Positions 37,568-43,381 of a stretch of DNA of 43,381 bases are shown here, in pieces. A model generated the notes under the pieces. The model ran no database searches and was not told the origin of the DNA. It worked only from the letters and a program-made list of their open reading frames with translations. Origin of the DNA: Candidatus Helarchaeota archaeon (GTDB taxonomy: Archaea; Asgardarchaeota; Lokiarchaeia; Helarchaeales; RDOG01); NCBI GenBank assembly GCA_029838215.1, contig JALGVI010000016.1, forward strand, positions 1 to 43,381. Reading direction: 5' to 3'. Within the stretch, counting starts at the first letter, position 1, and each line of letters opens with the position of its first letter. A program made the position numbers and the translations under genes.

Positions 37568-38317
37568 TCATTTCAAAATTTTTTTTACTGCATCAACAAC
37601 TTTTGGAACGAAATCACCCGCTTTTTTCCAGATCCGTAAATGTGCTTTGTTGTCGAACGGAGTTTCACCGAGATTCAAGAGAATCAGCTTGGCACCATTT
37701 TTAAGAGCATATTCAGGCATGTATGCTGCGGGTGTCACGACGAGAGAACTGCCAATCACGAAAAAAACGTCGCAGTTTTGAGAATGTCTCACTGCTTCAG
37801 AGATTTCTTTATCAGGAAGAGGATCGCCAAAATTCACTACACTTGAGATAATTCGACCACCACAGTGAGGACACTTCGGTTGCCCTTTTAATACAGGGTC
37901 AGTTCTATAACCATTTCCCCAGACAGTTTTGTCCCATCCGGCTTCTTCGTGGGTCATTTGACGATCGCAATCTACACATCTCATTAAATACGAATTTCCG
38001 TGAAGCTCCGCCAATTTTTCAGGTTTAATTCCTGATTTTAGATGAAGTCCATCCACGTTTTGAGATATGAGAAAGTCCAATTTTCCAATTTTCTGCAACC
38101 CCACGATAGCAAGGTGCGCATCGTTCGGTTTTGCCAAATGCCAAGGAACCTTGCTCCGTGGTGGGGGCAATCCTTTTTCTCTTCGGGTCCAGACACCATC
38201 GGGACCGCGATAATCAGGCAAACCACTTTCAGTACTGATTCCTGCACCCGTAAAAATAACTAATTTCTCGCATTTTGCGATCCATTCAGCCGCCAAATTA
38301 ACTTGCTCGTCACTCAT
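37568..38317 (-). CDS. Sir2-family NAD-dependent deacylase with class IV (SIRT6-like) features
   Basis: Contains [38 protein letters not shown], Zn ligands CVDC/CPHC, GSSL and NL. Confidence 0.93.
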   Translation of the reverse strand: [249 protein letters not shown]

Positions 38318-38405
38318 CGTAGAAATCCCCTTTACTTCTTAAATTCTTAATCACTTGATAAAAAATTTCATAAACCAAATAACGAATTTTTCCTATAAAT
38401 TATGA

Positions 38406-39104
38406 ATGGTTTTGTCAATGTCTCGTTTTAATGAATACAAGGAATTAGTTCTCAAAACAGCTCAGTACATGCAAGAAAAAAAACTTGTCATAGGGTCAAG
38501 CGGGAACATCTCCTGCTTAATTCCGGGTGAAAATCTAGTAGCAGTAACCCCTTCAGGATTAGAATATGACCATTTATCATCATCAGACATGTGCATCGTT
38601 GATCTTGATTTTAATAAAGTAGAGGGTCCACACATGCCATCGGTAGAAACTCGAATGCACCTTGCAGTTTACAAGAATCGACCAGATGTAAACGCCGTCA
38701 TTCACACACATCAATGCTACGCAAGCGTTTTGAGCATAATAGGGGAAGAAATTCCCGCAATTTACGACGAACAAGTAGCATACATCGGCTACGAAGTCGC
38801 ATTGGTAAAATATGGAATGTCCGGGAGCCCAGAATTAGTAGAAAATGTAACAGAGAAATTGGGAAATAATTGTAACGCTTACATCATCCAAAATCACGGA
38901 GCACTCTGCTTGGGAATAAACATGAAAGAAGCACTAAAAGCCGTTGAGGTCTTAGAACGGGTGGCAATGAATTATTATCTTGCACTCGTTTCGGGCAAAC
39001 CCATTACAAAGGTTCCCGAACCTATTGTCAACACGATGATGGGAAAATTAAGAACAGAACAGAAAAAGGAAAAACGTCGTAAGAAAAAAGTGGCTCGCCA
39101 ATAG
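38406..39104 (+). CDS. Class II aldolase/adducin family (FucA-like)
   Basis: Contains SGNIS, VTPSG, PSVETRMH, IHTH and QNHG, the Zn-binding His triad pattern. Confidence 0.92.
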   Translation: MVLSMSRFNEYKELVLKTAQYMQEKKLVIGSSGNISCLIPGENLVAVTPSGLEYDHLSSSDMCIVDLDFNKVEGPHMPSVETRMHLAVYKNRPDVNAVIHTHQCYASVLSIIGEEIPAIYDEQVAYIGYEVALVKYGMSGSPELVENVTEKLGNNCNAYIIQNHGALCLGINMKEALKAVEVLERVAMNYYLALVSGKPITKVPEPIVNTMMGKLRTEQKKEKRRKKKVARQ

Positions 39105-39133
39105 ACCTGAGCAACACGTAATCTTTTTTTTCT

Positions 39134-40363
39134 GTGAGGGGAAGAAGCATGAGCATGAATGAAAATTATCAAAAAGACTTTTTACTTTCAGATGAAGATA
39201 AAAAATTTCGCAAGGAAATCCAAGATTTTGTAGAAAAAAAAATAAGACCAGTCGCAGATGAAATCGAAAATACCGATGATTTTTCCTATATTCGCAAGAT
39301 CTATAAACAAATGGGTGAGGAAAATCTCCTGTCCTTGCCCTTTAAAAAATATTACAAGGGATGGTTGAAAAATCCAGGTGTTATAAACTCGACTTTGCTT
39401 GCAGAAGAAATTTGCAGGATCAGTGCGGCTCCCGGAATTGCATTTGGAGCTTCAATGTTTTATGGAAAGGCCTTATACGTCGCAGGGAATGAACAAGTTC
39501 TGGAGAATTACTTGAAACCGATCACGACAGGGGAGAAAATGGGGGCGATTTGCATAACAGAACCGTCAGTTGGTTCTGATACCGCCAACATGCAAACCAA
39601 CGCAGTTTTAGACAAGGACGAATGGATAATAAATGGAAAAAAACGTTTTATTACAAATGCTGGAGAAGCTGAACTGAACATCGTATACTGCGTGACAGAT
39701 CCAGAATTAAAAGCCAAAAGGCGGCACATGTCAGCCATAATTGTCCCAAAAGATGTGAAAGGATTTAGAACTAAGCAATATAAGTTCATGGGACGACGTG
39801 GATTTCGAAATGGAGAAATTATTTTGGATGATGTGCGTGTTCCAAAGGAGAATTTGGTGGGAAATATTGGAGATGGACATAAGATTTTAATGACACAGTT
39901 CAATACAGAACGAACCACTATTGCTGGTCAATGTATTGGAATCGCCACGGCAGCATTCGAAGAAGCCAAAGATTTTGCAAGAAACAGGACACAATTTGGA
40001 GAGAAAATAGTTCAAAAACAAGCAATATACTTAAAAATCGCAGAGATGGCAACGAAATTGGATGCGACCCGCCTACTTTGTTACAGGGCTGCAAAAATGG
40101 TAGATGCAGAATTGCCGGGCAGAAAAATCATGAGAGAGGCGGCAATGGCCAAGCTACATGCAAGTGAAGTTGCAAAAGAAATTTGTGATGATGCACTTCA
40201 AATTCTCGGAGGAGAAGGGTGGACTAAGACGGGATATGGGACCAAGTATCACGTTGAACGATACTATCGAGACATCCGCATTCATCTCATCGGTGGAGGC
40301 ACGAGTACTATCCAAAAATACGTGATCGCGTCCAAGGAATTGAATTTGCCCCTAAGACTTTAA
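39134..40363 (+). CDS. Acyl-CoA dehydrogenase
   Basis: Contains ITEPSVGSD, INGKKRFITN, GF...FMGRRG, R.QFG.KI, QILGGEG, ERYYRD and GGGTS.IQ. Confidence 0.95.
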   Translation: MRGRSMSMNENYQKDFLLSDEDKKFRKEIQDFVEKKIRPVADEIENTDDFSYIRKIYKQMGEENLLSLPFKKYYKGWLKNPGVINSTLLAEEICRISAAPGIAFGASMFYGKALYVAGNEQVLENYLKPITTGEKMGAICITEPSVGSDTANMQTNAVLDKDEWIINGKKRFITNAGEAELNIVYCVTDPELKAKRRHMSAIIVPKDVKGFRTKQYKFMGRRGFRNGEIILDDVRVPKENLVGNIGDGHKILMTQFNTERTTIAGQCIGIATAAFEEAKDFARNRTQFGEKIVQKQAIYLKIAEMATKLDATRLLCYRAAKMVDAELPGRKIMREAAMAKLHASEVAKEICDDALQILGGEGWTKTGYGTKYHVERYYRDIRIHLIGGGTSTIQKYVIASKELNLPLRL

Positions 40364-40473
40364 ATTCGTCATTATCTTCGCATGTTAGAAAAGAATTTAT
40401 TAGATTTGATATAAATAAAGAAAAAGGTTCAAAAATAAAGAAAACATTTATCAAAATTAGAAATTTCAAAGAG

Positions 40474-40887
40474 ATGATTGAAATGGCACTAGGAATCATT
40501 TTATTAAAGTGGGAAAATGAAGTCGGGACTTCGCTTATTGCTCAATTTCCCGAACGATATCGCGTAACCGAAAAATTATTAATGAGCATTTATTCCACTC
40601 ATAGATTATCCACAAATGACCCTTCCTTTGCAACTACGACTCAGCCCAATATGAGAGTCCTTAGTTTTTTCTCGGGCTTAGATATCAATAACTGTGTAGG
40701 TGCACCAAATTATATCGTGGCATTATTGCTTCGAAAGGACGAAAATCCCAACGACTTTAGAGATATTTTAAAATCGGCAGCAGGAGAAATCTTGAGCAAT
40801 TTAGATGCAAATATCTCTCATACGAAGAAAACTCTTGAAAAGACATTTGATAAAATGAGAAAAGCAAGTAAAAAGAAAAAGAAATAA
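40474..40887 (+). CDS. uDENN/longin-like small protein
   Basis: The N-terminus GIILLKWENEVGTSLIAQFP matches the (F/W)D...GP.I...YP pattern, followed by SFFSG and YIVALLL. Confidence 0.55.
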   Translation: MIEMALGIILLKWENEVGTSLIAQFPERYRVTEKLLMSIYSTHRLSTNDPSFATTTQPNMRVLSFFSGLDINNCVGAPNYIVALLLRKDENPNDFRDILKSAAGEILSNLDANISHTKKTLEKTFDKMRKASKKKKK

Positions 40888-40888
40888 T

Positions 40889-41482
40889 TTATTCTTCTTT
40901 TAATAATTCAGATTGCATGAAACTAGGGAAATGAGAATTTGCAAATCGGATGCAATTGTTGATATCGTTTCTATACGTGAGTAGAAAGCCGATATTAAAC
41001 AGTTCGCTGAAACTTTTTTTAGTCAAAGAACCAGAAGAAAATAACGCTTTTTCCTTGTCCGAGATAATGACGAGTGAATTGGTACTCGAGTTAGTGACTG
41101 ATTTTATGACGGTATCTGACTTGAGCGCCTTCAAGACATTGTGAAATTCCTTGTCTTTAATGTCCTGTTTATCCAAGGTACAAATGGTCACTTGAACGGA
41201 TTTTGACTTGTCAATCAACTTTCCAAAATACTCTTGGTCAAGGATGGGAGATACGATAAGAAGCTCTTTTTTCGCAGAAGAAATCAGTTCATCAGTCATT
41301 TTCCTTAAATTCTTAGTTTTTGCGACCTCTTGCGATGTAACGGTTTGGTACTTATCGAAAATCGAAATTATTTGTTCCTGAAGAGCCTTTACTTCCTTCT
41401 TAAGTTGCACGTTTTTTTGGTAATATTCCTTACTCATCTGTTTAAGTGATTCAATCTCGATTGAGCGATCATCGTCGGCCAT
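40889..41482 (-). CDS. Short coiled coil plus degenerate PLD-fold domain
   Basis: Contains LISSAKKELLIVSP, VQVTICT and NSLVIISDKEKALFSSGSLT. The HxKxxxxD/GSxN motif is degenerate. Confidence 0.65.
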   Translation of the reverse strand: MADDDRSIEIESLKQMSKEYYQKNVQLKKEVKALQEQIISIFDKYQTVTSQEVAKTKNLRKMTDELISSAKKELLIVSPILDQEYFGKLIDKSKSVQVTICTLDKQDIKDKEFHNVLKALKSDTVIKSVTNSSTNSLVIISDKEKALFSSGSLTKKSFSELFNIGFLLTYRNDINNCIRFANSHFPSFMQSELLKEE

Positions 41483-41496
41483 TTAATTATTCTCCT

Positions 41497-42732
41497 TTAT
41501 TTTGGAATCGATACTACATCATTCTCAACTTTGACCAATCCACGTCTTTCAAGCATCATGGCAATTCTTCGTGTATTTGCAACCGATTGTCCGATGGCTT
41601 TAGCAATTGTTTCCAACGGGGTCGGTCCTGCTTCATCTACTATTACAAAGATTTTCAAATTAGGATCGGTTTCAAAAATCTTTTTCATATTTTCAATGAG
41701 TTCTTTATATCTTTGGACTTGGGCAGTTGCATCGGTCAAGTCTTTTTGAAGCTGGGAATGCTCACTCGCCATTGCTTCCAATCGCTTCATTTCTTCTTCG
41801 AAACCCTTTTTAATATCTTCTTTTTCGCGCTCAAATTGACGAACTAATTGTGCTTGACGACTTTCGAGTTCTCGAGTTACTTCTTCAATTTCGGCACTCT
41901 TTGCACGTTCCGCATCCATGAGTTTTTCTTGGAGTTCATCTTTCTCGGCACGTATTTTTACTAATTCGGAATTCAGGTCTTCGATCTGTTTCAGGTTCTT
42001 TTCTTGTCGCGCCATGAGTTTTTCAATTTTTTCTTCATTAACTTTGATAATATCATCGCGTTCCTTCAATTGGAGCGTTAATTCGGCTTCAAGTTCTTTA
42101 AAGTCAAACTCCGCCATTTCTTCCGTGAGTTCATCCATGTGATATTTTGCGCGAAGCTCATTCATTGTCTGCTTGAATTTATCATGAGTTTGCTTGATGT
42201 TTTCAAGTTCAGCCTCAAGAGTTTTAATCCGAGCATCTTTCTCAATGAGATCTTTCTCATAGCTCGCAGCTAAAACGCGTTCGGCTTCACCTCGAGTTTT
42301 TTCCAAACGATCTTGTAATGTGGCTATTTCAGTTTCAAGTTCTGAAATCCGTAAATCTTTCTCTTTCAGTTTAACCTCAAGCCCTTCTGAAGATTGAAGC
42401 CGTGCTCTGAATTTTTCGTATCGATCCTTTATCACGGAAAGTTCGGTTTGTAACTCGGTCAACTTAAAATCCCGTTCATTAATTTGATCTTCAAATGTAG
42501 CAATTTGAGCACGTTGTCTTCCAATAATTGAACGTAGCTCGATAACATCTGTTGGAAAATCAACCATTCCTTCAATTTTTTCTTCTAATTCCTTAATTCT
42601 TTTTTGTGATTTATTTAAATCATCTCTCAATCGTGAATTTTCAAGTTTCAGAGATTTTAATTCATCCATTATTTTTGCTTGCTTTTCTTGCTTCTTGTCA
42701 TATTGGGAGATCATGTCATCTATATCGGGCAT
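41497..42732 (-). CDS. Long coiled-coil protein with C-terminal winged helix
   Basis: About 350 aa of heptad-rich E/K/L sequence, then KIFVIVDEAGPTPLETIAKAIGQSVANTRRIAMMLERRGLVKVEND. Confidence 0.75.
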   Translation of the reverse strand: MPDIDDMISQYDKKQEKQAKIMDELKSLKLENSRLRDDLNKSQKRIKELEEKIEGMVDFPTDVIELRSIIGRQRAQIATFEDQINERDFKLTELQTELSVIKDRYEKFRARLQSSEGLEVKLKEKDLRISELETEIATLQDRLEKTRGEAERVLAASYEKDLIEKDARIKTLEAELENIKQTHDKFKQTMNELRAKYHMDELTEEMAEFDFKELEAELTLQLKERDDIIKVNEEKIEKLMARQEKNLKQIEDLNSELVKIRAEKDELQEKLMDAERAKSAEIEEVTRELESRQAQLVRQFEREKEDIKKGFEEEMKRLEAMASEHSQLQKDLTDATAQVQRYKELIENMKKIFETDPNLKIFVIVDEAGPTPLETIAKAIGQSVANTRRIAMMLERRGLVKVENDVVSIPK

Positions 42733-42772
42733 AAAATCACCTTATTTAACTCAATTGTCATGATAATTCTTT

Positions 42773-43381
42773 TTATAATTTTGCCTTGTAAGTTTCCTTT
42801 TCTTTTTCAAGTTTTATTAAAACAGTCTGAAAAACCTGTTCGTTAATTTCTCCTTTCGAAAATTGACTAATTAGAAGATTTATTTTATAATCGATATTTT
42901 CAATTTTAGCATTTAGCTCTTCAGGACTTAGACCTTCGGCTTCAGAAATTGGTTCTTTTTCAGGTTCTTGCGATCCAACCTGCACTTGCGTGCTGACTTC
43001 ACCCTCAGGTTCAGGATTTGTGGTTGTAACCTCTTCTTTTTCAGAAGTAGATGTCATTCCACCTACACCAATGATTGGTGGAGGACCTTCAACGAGAGGT
43101 GGAAGAGTTTTTGCGGGTTCTTTCGCTTTTTCTTCTTTCTTCTTCCTCAGCAGCTCTTCTTCTTCCTTCTTCCTCAGCAACTCCTCTTCTTCCTTCTTCC
43201 TCAGCAGCTCTTCCTCTTCCTTCTTCCTCAGCAGCTCTTCTCTTCTTCCTTCTTCCTCAGCAGCTCTTCTTCTTCCTTCTTCCTCAGCAGCTCTTCCTCT
43301 TCCTTCTTCCTCAGCAGCTCTTCCTCTTCCTTCTTCCTCAGCAGCTCCTCTTCTTCCTTCTTCCTCAGCAGCTCTTCCTCT
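42773..43381 (-). CDS. Partial protein: charged repeat helix, P/E/T-rich linker and C-terminal helical (SHOCT-like) domain; 5' end beyond the window
   Basis: LLRKKEEEE repeats, a low-complexity linker, then FSKGEINEQVF. A frame slip occurs within the repeats near 43241. Confidence 0.7.
   Translation of the reverse strand, partial: RGRAAEEEGRRGAAEEEGRGRAAEEEGRGRAAEEEGRRRAAEEEGRREELLRKKEEEELLRKKEEEELLRKKEEEELLRKKKEEKAKEPAKTLPPLVEGPPPIIGVGGMTSTSEKEEVTTTNPEPEGEVSTQVQVGSQEPEKEPISEAEGLSPEELNAKIENIDYKINLLISQFSKGEINEQVFQTVLIKLEKEKETYKAKL
43139..43381 (-). repeat. Coding 27-bp tandem repeat (at least 9 units) encoding LLRKKEEEE
   Basis: Units begin at 43139, 43166, 43193, 43220 (29 bp), 43249, 43276, 43303, 43330 and 43357 (cut by the window end). 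Confidence 0.95.

Noticed and set aside
170-42142. The many 60-165 aa antisense or alternate-frame ORFs in the track (for example 170-382, 1717-2184, 10682-11110, 13950-14441, 29617-30045, 33536-34018, 39508-39918)
   Set aside because: Each is a shadow of a longer, motif-supported gene, with no recognisable features of its own.
41497-42732. CdvB/ESCRT-III (helical core plus winged helix) or SMC
   Set aside because: The coiled coil is far longer than an ESCRT-III core, and there are no Walker motifs or hinge for SMC.
43241-43381. AAEEEGRRR-type reading of repeat units 5-9 as the real protein
   Set aside because: Unit variants are non-synonymous in that frame but synonymous in the LLRKKEEEE frame.
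43139-43381. CRISPR array or mobile-element repeat
   Set aside because: The units are contiguous with no spacers, are codon-structured, and no cas or transposase genes are nearby.

Overview
A gene-dense, AT-rich archaeal chromosomal segment. It is most likely from an Asgard archaeon (Lokiarchaeia/Helarchaeales-like), inferred from roadblock, longin, uDENN-like and V4R proteins, an archaeosortase, a fused ADP-forming acyl-CoA synthetase and an archaeal MutS-like protein. About 42 CDSs are present. Most are metabolic: hppA, family III CoA-transferase, a thiolase/DUF35/HMGS-like operon, dus, acdAB, cofE-folP-purH, ilvC and an acyl-CoA dehydrogenase. These are interleaved with eukaryote-signature-type genes. 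I found no rRNA, tRNA, CRISPR array or mobile element. The most notable observations are: (1) an eL41/eS32-like 23-codon ribosomal protein gene (8899-8970, minus), absent from the ORF track, with TATA, BRE and SD signals but an ATC first codon; (2) a tandem-GNAT protein that aligns by eye with eukaryotic N-myristoyltransferase, about 2 kb from a sirtuin with SIRT6/class IV features, possibly a protein fatty-acylation writer/eraser pair; (3) an HMG-CoA-synthase homolog lacking all three catalytic residues in a PhlABC-like operon with an extra membrane protein; (4) a roadblock/V4R/longin cluster; (5) an archaeosortase coupled to a membrane protein whose zinc finger appears split by a TM hairpin; (6) a coiled-coil operon whose first gene has a 27-bp repeat with a frame slip. 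All family calls come from motif recognition by eye; no searches were run.
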